64,000 nucleotides of DNA, from NCBI RefSeq assembly GCF_009914755.1, contig NC_060933.1. The stretch is one strand, 5' to 3'. The notes under the pieces were generated by a model that had not been told where the DNA came from, did no database searches, and worked only from the letters and a program-made list of their open reading frames with translations. The translations under genes and the position numbers were made by a program. Below, piece after piece: positions 12,247 to 29,995 of this stretch. The DNA comes from the human T2T-CHM13v2.0 reference genome, Homo sapiens. Each line of letters opens with the position of its first letter. The stretch's first letter is position 1.

Positions 12247-12739
12247 TGTTGGAGATAAATGATCAGTGCTGCAAAGTGAAACCAGCACTCAGGCAAAAGT
12301 TTTCTCAGCAAGGCAACTTATTTCAACAGAAGGGTGCTGCTCACGTCAATCACGATTGCAAGAGCACACTGAACAGAGGAAAGCAGGGATTTTTACTCCT
12401 AATGCAATCACTACCTCTGTGTCACTCCCCCATGGGCTGGGGTCAGACTGCATAATCTAAACTGACCTGGTTGGCTATTTGTGAATATTTTCCCAAATAA
12501 GGAAGGGAAGGGGAATGTGAGTTACAGTGGTGGGACATGCGGTTTTGGTGGGAGGAATGGGTGCACAGTGGGTATCCAAGGGAACAGATGTGAGTTATTG
12601 ATTAGAACTGACGGGAAAGTTGTTTACAGTAACTAGTGGCAAGGATGCATGGAGAACAAGAAAGTTGGGTTTGAGAACAGAGAACAAGGTAGTTAACAGG
12701 TTAAACTTTTGAAGAGGAATACATTTATTATGTCCTACA
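12247..12739 (-). repeat. 5' LTR of provirus (LTR10 class)
   Basis: Direct repeat of 3957-4450; followed by the PBS on the minus strand. Confidence 0.93.
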
Positions 12740-12860
12740 AAAAACGTCTTCATAGAACTTAACAAAAGCATGATTACAGAGGTAAAGGAAGGTATGATGA
12801 CACTGTTGCATCAGATAGAGAATATAAAAAAAGAGATAGAAATTGTAAAAAAGATCCAAA

Positions 12861-13147
<287 letters not shown>

Positions 13148-14466
13148 ATGAACCAAATGAAAATTCTAGAACTGAGTAGTTCAGTGATTGAAATAAAAAA
13201 ATTCAACATCAAGGGGCTCAGCAGTAGATTTGAAATGGCAGAAGAATTTTCAAATTTAAACATAGATCAACAAAGATTAAGTAAGCTGGAGAACAGAGAG
13301 AAAAAAATGGATAGAAATTAACAGAGCCTTAGATAAATATGAGACACCATTAAATGCACCAATATATGCATAAAGGGAATATTGGAGAGGAGAGGGAGAA
13401 GAGACGAAAAAATATTCAAATAAATAATGGCAGGCAACCTCCCAATTTTAATGAAAAACAATAACCTATATAGCCAGGAAGCTCAATGAACTTCAAATAG
13501 GATAAACACAAAGAAATACATAAACAGATATATCATTACTAAAGACGATAAAAGTCAAAGACAAGGAGAAAATCTTGAAAGCAGCAAAAGAACATCTCAT
13601 TCCTTATAAAGGAAGCTCAATAAGATTAACATTCAATTTGTCAGTCAAAACAATGGCGATCAGAAGACAGTGGAATGGTATATTCAAAGTGCTCAAGGGA
13701 AAACAAAAACCCTTGTTAACCAATAAACATATACCTCTAAACTATTTTTTTAAAGTGAAGGAGAAATACAGACTTTCAAAGATAAGAAAACTGAATTTGT
13801 TGACAACATACCTATCTTGCAAAGCATGCTAAAGGAAGTTCTTCAGGCAGAAAGCAAGTGACCCCAGATGGTAATTTGAATAGAAAAACTGAGAGTACCA
13901 GTAAAGGTAATTATGTAAGTACAAAAAACAGTATAAATGCACATTTTTGACCCTTTCTTATCTTAATGAATGTAAAAAGCAATTGCATAAATAATATGTA
14001 AATAATGTATTGTTGGATGTATAACATATAGAAATGTAACATAAGCATAACGTTTTTACTAATAACAGCACAAAGAGATGAATGGAATCGAAGCTGTATT
14101 GGCCAAGGAAATGAGTACAGATGATAAAGTAATAATTATAACATTGTATCTTTTGGTCTGCAGTATGTATAATAATAGATGTAATATGTATAATCATAAT
14201 ACTACAAAAAGGGAAAAAGTAAATAGAGCTATGTATCAGTAAAGTTTTTATGTAATCACTATAATTAAGCTGGCTTAATATTAAAGGTGATTTTGATAAG
14301 TTAAGATGTATATGGTAAACCCTAGAGCAACTATTAAAATAAAACATACTAAATAGTAAAAAATTATTAAAGAAATTAGAATGTTACATTAGAAAATATC
14401 CACTTCATACAGTAGAATTTAGTGAACAATGAAGAGAAGAACAAAAAGGCGTAAGACATATAGAAG

Positions 14467-15031
14467 TGTATTAGTCAGGGTTCTCCAGAGAGACAGGACC
14501 AATAGTATATACTTATAGATATAGATAGAGACATATGAGAGAGGTTTTATTAGGGGAACTGACTCAAACAATTATGGAGGCTGAGAAGTCCCATGACAGG
14601 CTATGTGCAGGCTGGAGACCCTGGGATGCTGGTGGTGTGGCTCAGTCCAGTTCCAAAAGCCTCGGAATTAGGGAAGCTGATGGCTCAATTCTCAATCTGA
14701 GTCGAAGGCCTGAGAACTTGGGGTTGCAGAGGGTGGGGTGCTGGTTTAAGTCCTGAAGTTCCAAGACTGAAGAGCCTGGGGTTCTGATGTCCAAAGACAG
14801 GAGGAGAAAGTCTGTCCCAGCTCCAGGAGAGACAAATTCACCTTTCATATGTTTGTTCTATGGGGGCTGCCAGCTGATTGGATGGTGTCTGCCACATTGA
14901 GGGTGGATCTTTTCCACCTGTCCACTCAGATTCACATGCCAGTCTCACAGACACACCCCAAAAGAATACTTTAAAATCTCTCTAAGTATTCCTTAATCCA
15001 GTAAAATTGAAACCTAAAATTAACCATCACA
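14467..15031 (-). mobile_element. MLT2 (ERVL) solo LTR
   Basis: TGTATTAGTCAGGGTTCTCCAGAGAG...AATTAACCATCACA ends typical of MLT2 in reverse. Confidence 0.88.
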
Positions 15032-15069
15032 GAAAGCAAAATGTAAAATAGCAGACATAAATCCAACTA

Positions 15070-18296
<3,227 letters not shown>

Positions 18297-18982
18297 CATA
18301 TCAATAATAGCATTAAATATGGATGAATGAAACAATTGAATCAAAAGGCAGAGATTGGTGGACTATAAAAAATATGATCCAACTATAAGCTGCCTACAAG
18401 AGACACATTAGACTCAAAGATACAAATACATTGAAAGTAAAAGAATGAAAAAATATCATGCAACAGCAACCACAAAAAGTTTGGAGTGACTATATTAATA
18501 CCAGACAAAATAGACATTAAAACAAAAAGTGTTACTAGAGATAAAGAGGGCTATTTTACAATGACAAAAGGATCAATCCACTAGGAGGATTTAACTACTA
18601 TAAACATATATGTGTCTAATAACAGAGTACGAAAATACATGAAGCAAAAACAATCAGAGGTTGGAGAAATAGACCAACAATACGAGTTGAAGACTTTAAT
18701 ACTCCTCTTTCAATAATGTGTAGAACAACTATGCAGAAGATCAAAAAGAAAATAGATGACTTGAACAATACTATAAGTCAACCTGATGTAGCCATCCATA
18801 GAACACTCTACCTAACAACAACAGAATATACATTCTTCTAACATGCACAGGGAACATTTTCAAGATAGAACATAAGCTAGATCATAAGGCAAATCTCAAT
18901 AGATTAAAAAGGACAGAAATCTCACAAAGTACATTCTCCCACCAAGGGAATAAGATTAGAAATCAATAGTGGGAAAAGCCTC

Positions 18983-19300
18983 AGCCTGTCACGGTGCCTC
19001 ATGCCTGTAATCCCACTATTTGCGAGGCTGAGGTGGGAGGATTGCCTGAAGCCAGGAGTTTGAGAGCAGTCTGGGCAACATAGCAAAAGTTTATCTCTAA
19101 ACATTTTTTTAAAAAATTAGCCAGGCATGGTGGTGAGTATCTGTAGTAGCAGCTACTTAGGAGGCTGAGGTGGGAGGATTGCTAGGGCCCAGGAGTTCAA
19201 GGGATGCAGTGACCTATGATGGAACCACCATTGCACCCCAGACTGGACAGTGGAGCAAGACCGTGTCTCTAAAAATAAATAAGTAAATAACGAATGAAAA
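18983..19300 (+). mobile_element. AluJ inside L1 ORF2
   Basis: Diverged Alu dimer. Confidence 0.9.
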
Positions 19301-20821
19301 AATTTTAAAATAGTGAAAAAATCGAAAACCTACAAATATGTGGAACTTAACACACACCTAAATGACCAATGGGTCATAGAAGAAATCAAAGAGGAGATCT
19401 GAAAATACTTTGAGATTAATAAAAATAAAGATACAACATGCCAAGATGCAGAAAAGCAGTGTTTAGAGGGAAGTTTATAGCTGTAAGTGACTAGATTAAG
19501 AAAGAAGAAGGAACTGAAACTAATAACTTAACCTTCCATTTTAACAAAATAGAAAGAGAAGTGCAAACTAAATCTAAACAAGCAGAAGAGAGAAAATAAT
19601 AAAAATCAGAGTGAAAATTAATGAAATAGATAATAGAAAAACAAAGAAAAATCAATAGAACTAAAATTCATTATTTGAAACAATCAATAAAGTGTACAAA
19701 TCTTTAGCTATATTGACTAAGATAAAAGGGAGATGCCTGAAATTAAAATCAGTAATAAAAGTAGGATCATTCCTACTGTATTGACTTTACAGAGATGAAA
19801 AGGTTTGTAAATAAATATCATAAATAATTGTAAGCCTAAAAATTAAATAGGTGAGATGAAATGGACAAGTTCCTAAAGAGACTCAAACTATTGAAAATAA
19901 CTCAAAAATAAATAGATGCTTGAATAGACATATAATGAATGAAGAGATTGAGTTTTGGAAAACAAAAACAAAAACAAAAACAAAAAACCACAAAGAAAAG
20001 CCCAGACCCAGATGGCATCACTGCTCAATTCTACCAGACATTTAAGATTTAAAGAAGAATTAATGTCAATTCTCCAAAACTCTTCAAGAAAATAGATGAG
20101 GAAACATTTCCCACCTTGTTTTATGTTCCCTGTATTGCTCTGATATCCAAACCAGAAAAAGACATCCCAAGAAAACTATAGACCAATTTCTTATGAATAT
20201 AGACGCAAAAGTTCTCAACAAAATATTAACTAAAAGAATTCAGAAACTTATAAAATAAATTATACACGTGACCAAGTGAGATTTATTCCAAGAATGCAAG
20301 ATTGGTACAGTAGTGTAATACAACGTATTAATAGAATAAAAACAAAAAAACACACAATCATCTCAATTAATACAGAAAGAATATTTGACAAAATTTAACA
20401 GCATTCCATGATTTAAAAACTATCAACAATGAGAAATAGAAGAAATTTTTTTCAACCCGATGAAGGGCATCTACAAAACCTGACATTATTATATAGCTAA
20501 CATTATACTTAATGATAAAAGAGTGGCAACTTTCTCCCCAAGATCAGGAACAAGAGAACGTCAACTCTTACCACTTCTATTTAATATTGTATTGGAGGTT
20601 CTAGCCAGGGCAATTAGGCAAGAAAATGAAATAAAGGACATTCAGATTGGAAAGGAAGAAGTAAAACTATTTCTATTAGTAGATAACATAGTCTTGTATG
20701 TAGAAAATCTTAAGAAATCCACCCAAAATGATTAGAACTAATGAACAAGTTCACCAAATTTGCAGGATACAAATTAGTTGTATTTTTATACACATGCAAT
20801 GAATGATCCAAATGGAAACTA

Positions 20822-20989
<168 letters not shown>

Positions 20990-23214
20990 TTAAAAAGAAT
21001 AAAATATTAAAATACTTAGGAACAAATTTAACAAAAGAAGTGTGGTATTTATACCCTGGAAACTATATAGATAGATAGATGGGAATCAACCCATATTCAT
21101 GCATCAGAAAACTTAATATTGTTAAGATGGCAATATTCCACAAACTGGTCTACAGATTCAACACTACTCCTATCAGAAGCCCTGTGGATTTTTTTTTTGT
21201 AGAAATTGACAAGCTGATTGTAAAATTCATGTATAATTGCAAGGAAACAAACATAGCCAGAAAAATCCTGAAAAAGAATAAAATAGGAGGACTCACACTT
21301 CCCAACCTCAAAACATACCACAAAGCAATGGTAATGAAGACTGGCAAAACAATAGATATATGGACCAATAGAATAGAATGGAGAGTCCAGAAATAGATGC
21401 ATACACTTATGGTCAACTGATTTATGACAAGGGTGCCATGACCTTTCAATGGGAAGATAAGAATCTTCTCAACAAATAGTGCTGGTACAACTGGATAACT
21501 GCAGATGAAGGAATAGAGTCGGACTCTCACCTAACGCCATAAAAAAAAAAACAGCTCAAAATAGATCAAAGACCTAGATATAAGAGCTAAAATGATAAAA
21601 TCGTTAGAAGAAAACATAGTATATCTTCATGACCTTGAATTTGACATAGCATTCTTATATATGGCACCAAAACCAAGGACAACAAAAGAAAAAATAAATT
21701 AATTGGACTTTATCAAAATTAAAAAATTTTATGCATTGCAGGACACTGTCAGGAAAGTGAAAGACAACTCACAGAATGGGAGAAAATATTTGCAAATCAT
21801 ACATCTGATAAGGAATCTGTATCTAGAATGTAAAGAACCTTTATGACTCAATGTAAAAGTAAAATAACCCGATTAGAAAATGGGCAAAGGGTCTTAATAG
21901 ACTTTTCTCTAGAACCATATTCAGATGGCCAGTAAGCACATGAAAAGATGATTTACATCGTTAGTCATCAGGGAAATGCAAATTAAAACCAGAACGAGAT
22001 ATTACTTCACACTGACTGGGATGGCTAGAATAAAAAAGTTAAATAATGACAACAAATGTTGCTGAAGATGTAGAGAAATTGGAACCCTCATATACCACCA
22101 GTGGGAATGTAACATGGTTCCACTGCTGTGGAAAACAGTCTGGCAGTTCCTGACATAATTAAACATAGAGTTACCATATGCCCCAGCAATTCTAATCCTA
22201 GGTATATAAGAGAAAAGAAAACATATGTCCATGCAAAAACTTAAACACAAATGTGCATAGCAGCATTATTCATAATAGCCCAGAGGTGGAAATAACTCAA
22301 ATGTCTATCAGTAAATGAATAAACAAAATGTGGTATATTCATACAATGGAATATTATTTCAGCCAATACAATGGAGTACTAACACCTGCTATAATTTGGA
22401 TAAACCTTGAAAACATGCCAAGTGAAAGAAGCCACTTACAAAAGACCACGTCAGTTGATTCCATTCATATGAAAGCCCAGAATACAGAAATCTATGGAAA
22501 CAGAAATTGGATTAGTGTTTGCTTAAGGCTGAAGAGGGAATGGGTGGATATGAGGGTGGTATCTAGAGACTGTAACCATTTGGAGTTTCTTGTTGATGTG
22601 ATAAAAATGTCATAAAATTGACTGTGGTGAAGGTCGCACATATCTGTGAATATACTAAAAACCATTGAAGTGTAGACTTTAAATGAGTGAATTGTATGGT
22701 TTGTGAGTTATATCTAAATAGAGTTGTTTAAACATAAATGAAAGGGTTGATGAGAAAGGGAAGAGAAACAGATGAATAAAATATGTAAAATAATGCGGTA
22801 CTAAAACCTAGGAAAATATTGGCCAGTGTGGGCTTTTCAGAGGCAGTGAGGGAAGGATGCTTCATCACTGGGTTACCTGTGACCTTTATTGAAATGCTGA
22901 AGTCACACTGAAAATGATAAATATACATGCAGATTTACCTCCTTAATATATTGAAATAGAAGAAATTCAGAAACAGAGATTATAAAGCTTTCTTATATTT
23001 ATTTAAGTGTCCACAGTCTTCCCAGGGTTCCAAAGCATTTGCACATCCTGCTTAAAACTTATAGTGTCCTTGTAAGGTCCAGTGGTAATTAAGAATTATC
23101 ACTGTTGTATTTAGAGAAAGAAGGCATAGAAAATTTATGATTTTACCCTGCATATATTCCTGGATATTATTTCATTTTAAAAACTTATGTTGTCCTCCAA
23201 TAAAAAGTAAGCTC

Positions 23215-23545
23215 CATGATTCATTTATTCAACAAATGTTTATCAAAACCCTGAAGTGCTCCAAGCACTGTTCTATGTGCTTGGGGTAACTTAGAGACCA
23301 AAACACAAAATTGTATATCCTCATGGAAGATGCATTCTGTTAAGGGAAAACAGACAACAATCAATAAACATAATAAATAAATAGATTGTAATGTGTGTTT
23401 GAAAGTGGCTAGTTTTATGGAGAAAATAGACCATGAGAATATTGGCTTACTGTGTTTTTATCTGTGCCAACCCTGGTACCCAGAGGAGCACTGGTCCAGA
23501 GAAGCACAATGAATATTTGTTGAATAAATGAATGAATGAATAGAT
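23215..23545. mobile_element. Two L2 3'-end fragments in opposite orientation
   Basis: TTCATTTATTCAACAAATGTTTA (minus) and ATATTTGTTGAATAAATGAATGAATGAA (plus) L2 tails. Confidence 0.75.
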
Positions 23546-25574
23546 GCAGTTCAAACTGTATGTTTGGCTTCTAAAGATTTACAGTTTGTACTTTTGGATT
23601 GGTTTTCCTTAAAAAAAAATCACTGTAGCTATAGAAAGAATTTAACATCTGTCCCCCTTCCCATTCGGCTTTGCTCTCTAAGAGGAGGAGAAATGTAGTG
23701 GTTAAGCACGAAAATCTCCAGAGCCAGACTGTATGGATTCAAATGCCAGATTTACTACTTATTATTTCTGACAACTTTAATTATGTTTATATCAATTTTA
23801 AAATTACATTCATTTCATTCAACTACAATTTAAGGCTCTGTGTTTTGAAGACCTCCTTGCTACAGACACTTTCGATGTTGTGTGTTAACTTCATCTTTAT
23901 AATTCCCTTGAAATCTTACATGTAATCAACATTTATTATGTGTCAGTTGTTTACAAGAAACTGTACTGGGTCTGTACTGGGTCCTAAAGGTATCATATAA
24001 TGATGCGCCTGTCATAGGTGATGTTGATGGACCTTTAGGTCTGTCAATTGGAAACTTGATGCATCTAGATTCTATGCAAGATATGAACTCTTTTGTCAGC
24101 TAAGAGTGTCTCATTCACATCTAACATCCTCAGAACCTTACACAGTGATTGGTACATATATGGCACATTTTTTTATGAATAAAGAAAAAGTTATGATTTA
24201 GTAATACCACTCACATACATACACACACAGCACACATTTGCAACTGATTGGGCATCCTGTTTAGTATATATCTGGGCCTGGGTCTGAGGTTGGCCCACTT
24301 AGATCTGGACTCCCTTTCAGAGCAACAAAGTCTACATGGACTTTGTAGGTGACTTGTAGCTTGGCAGCAGCCCAGGAAACTGCTTCTCTATCTTAGACAT
24401 CAGCCAGCCTTGAGGGAAGTTCAGAGAGTAACTCTCTCCTTCCTTCCTTGGATGCACTGTTGCAACCCTCCCTTGTGGGCTGGTTGTTCATTTTTGTGTT
24501 TTGGTTACATTCTCTTATTTCTTCATCTTTTTTTTTTTTTTTTGGTTCTGCTTTAAAAGTAAAACAACAGTAGGGTTTGTGAAGACATTGCAGATGGTAA
24601 TTTATTAGCTGTGATATAATGGTATCAGGAAATAGCTAGCTCTTTGGCTGTTTATTTCCCTCGTGGTGGATGGAAAGAGTAAGTATAGCAATGTTTCAGT
24701 TGCTATGGATACCAAGTCTTTGAGATAATAGAATCCTTTTAACATAATCCAGTTCTATTAGATTGGCTTTTCTCTTGAATGTTACATCTACCAAGCATAC
24801 TTTCTTTTCTCAGTACAAAAATTTATATCCCTTTCTCTCAATATCGGGAAGTGTTATTTTAATTTTTCCTCCAATTTTGCCCTGCAGTTTATCTTTTTCC
24901 TATGTCTCCTCTTTCCTACATCAGAAAAGATGACATGGAAAAGTAAACCATATATCTGTCTTTCCCTCTAGCTAAGCGGAAAACTGATTTAGTTTCACAC
25001 AATTATATGCAAGTACCGCAACATAATTTGTCCAGGTGTGATGTTTAAATCTTTTTAACTCAAACCACAAAAATGGGGTTAATTATAAAAGGCATATAAA
25101 CATCTCCTCAACATTCCATTGGTTCATTGAGTCAGATGTCTTCAAAATAGAATCTCTTTGGGATGTATAATTTTGAGTACAGCATTAAGTAAATGACTGT
25201 TGCAGAGGAAAAAAAAAGTCAAGTGTTCAAAAGAAAACTCAAAAAGTGGCAGCTCATAGTTCATGGATATAAGAAAATTCTACTCCCATGTGTGAAGTAG
25301 TCAGACTCCTTGCTAAAAACATACATTTTAAAAAGTCTAAAATGTTAGTTAAATCATAATTCATCTTTTTTTTGAGAAATCATTTTAGTAAATTTATAAC
25401 AACACTAATTTTTTGAACTCTTGCTTCGGTCTCTCATTCCTAATTCTATCTTGTATTTATCTTTACAGAGGGATTCAGTTCATTATATACATTTGAAATT
25501 CTGTGCAATAAATATTTTTTTGCACTGTCATGCTAGAATCTGTCATGCTGAAGAAGAAATGGCCAGTGTATGTG

Positions 25575-25710
25575 TCATGAGGCTGGATTTTAGTCCCAGC
25601 TCTTCCTGTGCTTGTGTGGCCTCAAATGAGTCATTTAACCTCTTGGGTCTTAATTTCATCATCAAAAATTCGAGGTCAGACTACATTATTTTCCAGAGCC
25701 CCTTGACATC
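25575..25710 (+). mobile_element. MIR fragment
   Basis: GTCCCAGCTC...GAGTCATTTAACCTCTTGGGTCTTAATTTCATCATC MIR core. Confidence 0.65.
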
Positions 25711-26004
25711 CCAAAATGTCTACATTGCTTTGAAATCTATCCACATCTCCAACTGATTTCCAGCATCAAGGTTAGAAACTGTTTTAAATAGGCTTACTGA
25801 GTTCAAAACCAAATAGAAAAGAGAAAGTCTTAGAAGTACAAGCCTGCCAGCAACCTTATTTCCATCCTGCACTGTACTGACAAGAATTTTAAATTTACAG
25901 TGGAAAACAGGAATTAGACCATATTTAGGTAGCTAGTTTCAAAACCTTTATTGTTGGTGATATTTTCTCCAGATGGAAAGTAGGTATGTAAAAGTAATCT
26001 TGGC

Positions 26005-26260
26005 TACAGCTAATATTTATTGTTCCTGTAGTAAATTCCAGACACTTTGCTGAGTGCTTTGTGTGGTTCAGCCCATCAAGCCTCGCAGCAACACTATGAG
26101 GCAGGTATTATAATGTTCATTTTATACATGAAAATGAACACAATAAGGAATGAAAATCTAAGTCGTTTGTCCTAAGTGGCTCAACTAGTAATTGGCAGCC
26201 CCAGGATTTAAATTCATGCTGTCTGACTCTGTCTAGAGTATATAAATACTATAATGCACA
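26005..26260 (-). mobile_element. MIR
   Basis: AACACTATGAGGCAGGTATTAT...CATTTTATACATGAAAA...GGATTTAAATTCA...TCTGACTC. Confidence 0.7.
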
Positions 26261-26293
26261 GATTTTTTTTTTTTTGGTGCATGTGTGGCTTAT

Positions 26294-26513
26294 ACAGTTG
26301 GTCCTTGAACAACACGGGTTTGAATTGTGCAGGTCCACTTATATTTTTTTCCATCAACTGCAGATTGAAAATACAGTATTCAAGGGATGTGCAACCTGTG
26401 TATACAGTGGGCTGACTTTTCCTATATGTGGGTTCTGCGGGGTCAACTGTGGGACTTGAGAATGTAGCAACGGTCCTGAAAAGAATCCCTCATGTATATC
26501 GAAGGATGATTGT
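26294..26513 (+). mobile_element. MER8/Tigger2-family non-autonomous DNA transposon
   Basis: TA-CAGTTGGTCCTTGAACAACACGGGTTTGAA start; GAAGGATGATTG-TA end. Confidence 0.8.
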
Positions 26514-26517
26514 ATAT

Positions 26518-26836
26518 TCTTTTTTGTTGTTGTTTTGATTTGCTTTGAGACACAGTCTCACTCTGTTTCCCAGGCCAGAGTGCAGTGTCATGATTGTAGC
26601 TCACTGTTACTTTGACCTCCTGGGTTCAAGCAGTTCTCCCACCTGAGCTTTCTGAGTAGCTGGGACTAGATGCTCATGCCACCATGCCCAGCTAATGTCT
26701 TCCTTTCAAAATTTTTTGTAGAGACAAAGTCTCCCTATGTTGCCCAGGCTGGTCTCTGACTCCTGGCCTCAAGCAATTCTCCTGTCTTGGCCTCCCAAAG
26801 TGTTGGGATTATAGGTGTGAGCCATCATGCCTGACC
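26518..26836 (-). mobile_element. AluJ
   Basis: Reverse Alu dimer. Confidence 0.92.
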
Positions 26837-27221
26837 TATATATTCTTTATATGTTCTGACAAAAACTCATTATCTCCTTTGCATTCCCCAATCCAGTTCT
26901 TCTCTGCATGCCTGATCTCAGTGAAAGGCACTACTTGCACTAATGACACAAGACAGACACCTGGAAATTACACTTGATACCTCCCTTCCCCTCACTTCAC
27001 TTACCATCCATGCAACCCATCACTAAGTCCTATCAACGACATTTATTAAATAGCTCTCAAAATGCATGTATCAAAGTCCCAGAGAAAACCTGGAATACTA
27101 AAAGAATTTTACCTAAGGGATTTTAATGAAGGGACTATGTATAGATATGTGGGAAAACCTAAGAATCTGCAAGAAATGGTGGAGCACCAGTGGACTAGCA
27201 ATAGTGGATGCTGTTAGCATC

Positions 27222-27829
<608 letters not shown>

Positions 27830-28419
27830 GCATCCTTTGGCCTGAAGGTGCATGGGAAGAGGACAGTATTCCAGGAAGCAGGTGAGAGCCATGATGGTAG
27901 AAGAGGGACTGCTTCTCAGGGACTGTGGCCAAAGGGAAATGCATTTTTCAGCATTTATTGGCTAGAAATCACCAACTATTTTCTTACTTTGAAATAATTG
28001 TGTTTATACAGGAAAGGTGCAATAAATGCTTGATTCTTTTCCTTTGTTTACTAGTTTTCAGAATAATGGCTTGTTTTCCTAGACATTTCCAAAGATGACT
28101 GGTTTTTTTCTGCATCATGAACTCATAGATTTTTAACATACCAACCTATTGCAATCTATTGCAAGCATTATCATTTTCTTGCTCACACTGAACTAGTTTT
28201 TGGCCAAAAACAGCCACTTCGGGCTGGCTGTTTTGACATTTTTATATAGCCCCAGTGATCTCTGACAGCTTCCTCGCTCTCCAGTATGGCAAGATGCCTG
28301 GGCTCAGCTTGATCATTTCTTGTCCCAGACCTGAGAAGAGCCATTTCTCCAAGGAGCTTAGACCAGAGAAAAGCCATTTCTCCAGGGAGCTCTGTCTGGT
28401 TCATTTGAGTGGGAAACTA

Positions 28420-29371
28420 CAGTATGAATATCCCTGATTTTTGATGGTGCTTCATCTTGACATCTTCGGAAATGGCAATTGCCTCTTTGGGTGGTGTCTG
28501 GTAGGAGGGTATTGTGAGGTGAGGGTTATATGGCTTCTTCCTGTAATTGACAGTTACACAGATTGTTCCTCCCATAAAGGCCTGGTTTGCTGTCATTGCT
28601 CTTGTTTTTTTCCTGCTGGATCCGTAGTTTAGGTCAGGAAAACAGAAGTCTCTTTAAAAATTCCAGTTATTACAAATTTTAATAAGGAGATGCCATATGC
28701 TGAATTGTCCCTCTCCTCCCTTCAAATTTATATGTTGAAGCCTTAACCCACAATGTGATGGTATTTGGAGATAAGGCACTTTGGGAGGTAACTAAGTTTA
28801 GATGAAATCATAAGAGTATGACCCTTACGATAAAATGAGTGCCCTTAAACAAAGAGACACTGAGAGCTTGTGCCCTTTTCCTATTTCTACCCACATGCAT
28901 CGTGGAAAAGCCTTGTGAGAATGCAGCTGTTTGCAAACCAGGAAGATGGGCCTCACCGGGAGCTGAATTAGCCAATGACTTTGATCTTTGACTTCCTAGC
29001 CTCCAGAACTGTGATAAATAAATGTCTGTTGTTTAAACCACCCAGCCTATGGCATTTTTAAAAATTATTTTTATTGTGGTAAAAAACATATAACATGAAA
29101 TTTACTGTATTAACCATTTTTAAGTGTACAGTTCAGTGGTATTAAGCACATTCATAATGTCGTGTAGCCATCACTACCATCCATCTCCATTATTCTTTTC
29201 ATCTTGTAAAACTGAACTCTATAACCATTAAACAATAACTCCTATTCCTCTCTCACCCACTTCCTGGCAACCATCATTCTACTTTTTGTCTTTATGGTTT
29301 TGAAAATCTATAGTATTTTGTTATAACAACTTGAGCTAAGACAGAAATGTCCCACTTCTGGTATCAAAATC
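28420..29371 (-). mobile_element. Probable ERVL internal (leader/gag) remnant attached to the MLT2 LTR, interrupted by MLT1A
   Basis: CCACTTCTGGTATCAAAATC directly abuts the MLT2 end and is the reverse complement of the ERVL internal start; 28420-28695 is the inferred continuation. Confidence 0.5.
28696..29343 (+). mobile_element. MLT1A MaLR LTR interrupted by an antisense L1M 3' end (~29055-29305)
   Basis: MLT1A motifs (AATGTGATGGTATTTGGAGAT, CCTCCAGAACTGTGA, AATAAATGTCTGTTGTTTAA); inserted L1 flanked by CTAT(G/A)G(C/T)ATTTT duplication. Confidence 0.8.
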
Positions 29372-29428
29372 TGTATTAGTTAGAGTTCTCCAGAGAAACA
29401 GAACCAATAGGATCTATCTATGTATGTA

Positions 29429-29467
<39 letters not shown>

Positions 29468-29468
29468 G

Positions 29469-29512
<44 letters not shown>

Positions 29513-29995
29513 GACGTATACAGGAAGTGATTTATTAAAAAGAATTGGCTCATGTGATTATGGAGGCTAAGAAGTCCCATGATCTGCAGATGGCAAGCTA
29601 GCGACGCAGGAGAGCCAATGTTGTAGCTCCAGTCTGAGTCTGAAGGCCTGAGAACCAAGAGAGCTGATGGTGTAAGTTCCAGTCTAAGTTCAAAGACCTG
29701 AGAATGAGAAGAACCAATAGTGTAGGACCCAGTTTGAGTACAGGAGAAGACTGATGTCTCACCTCATGTAGTTGGGAAGAGAGAGAAATTCTCCATTTCT
29801 CTGCTTTCTTATTCGGCCCCTCAATGGATTGGAAGAGACCCATGCACATTGAGGAGGGCCATCTTCTTTACTCAGTCTACCAATTAAAATGCTAATCTCA
29901 TCCAGAAAATCTCTCTCACAGACATACCCAGAAATAATGTTTAACCAAATATCTGGGTACCACATGACCTGGTCATGTTCACTCATAAGAAATTT
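29372..29995 (-). mobile_element. MLT2 LTR (ERVL)
   Basis: TGTATTAGTTAGAGTTCTCCAGAGAAACAGAACCAATAGG...CCCAGAAATAATGTTTAACCAAATATCTGGG. Confidence 0.88.
29413..29512. repeat. Compound (TCTA)/(TCTG)/(TGTA) tetranucleotide STR
   Basis: Directly visible. Confidence 0.97.

Larger units (their letters stand above)
3957..12739 (-). mobile_element. Full-length inactivated endogenous gammaretrovirus-like provirus, HERV-I/HERVIP10 group with LTR10-class LTRs
   Basis: Two ~494-bp direct repeats with TG...CA ends, tRNA-Pro PBS, PPT, gag/pro/pol/env remnants in order, AAAAA target-site duplication (3952-3956 and 12740-12744). Confidence 0.93.

Noticed and set aside
24560-24685. Possible exon ending at AGA|GTAAGT (24679)
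   Set aside because: Weak upstream acceptor, no reading-frame or partner-exon support
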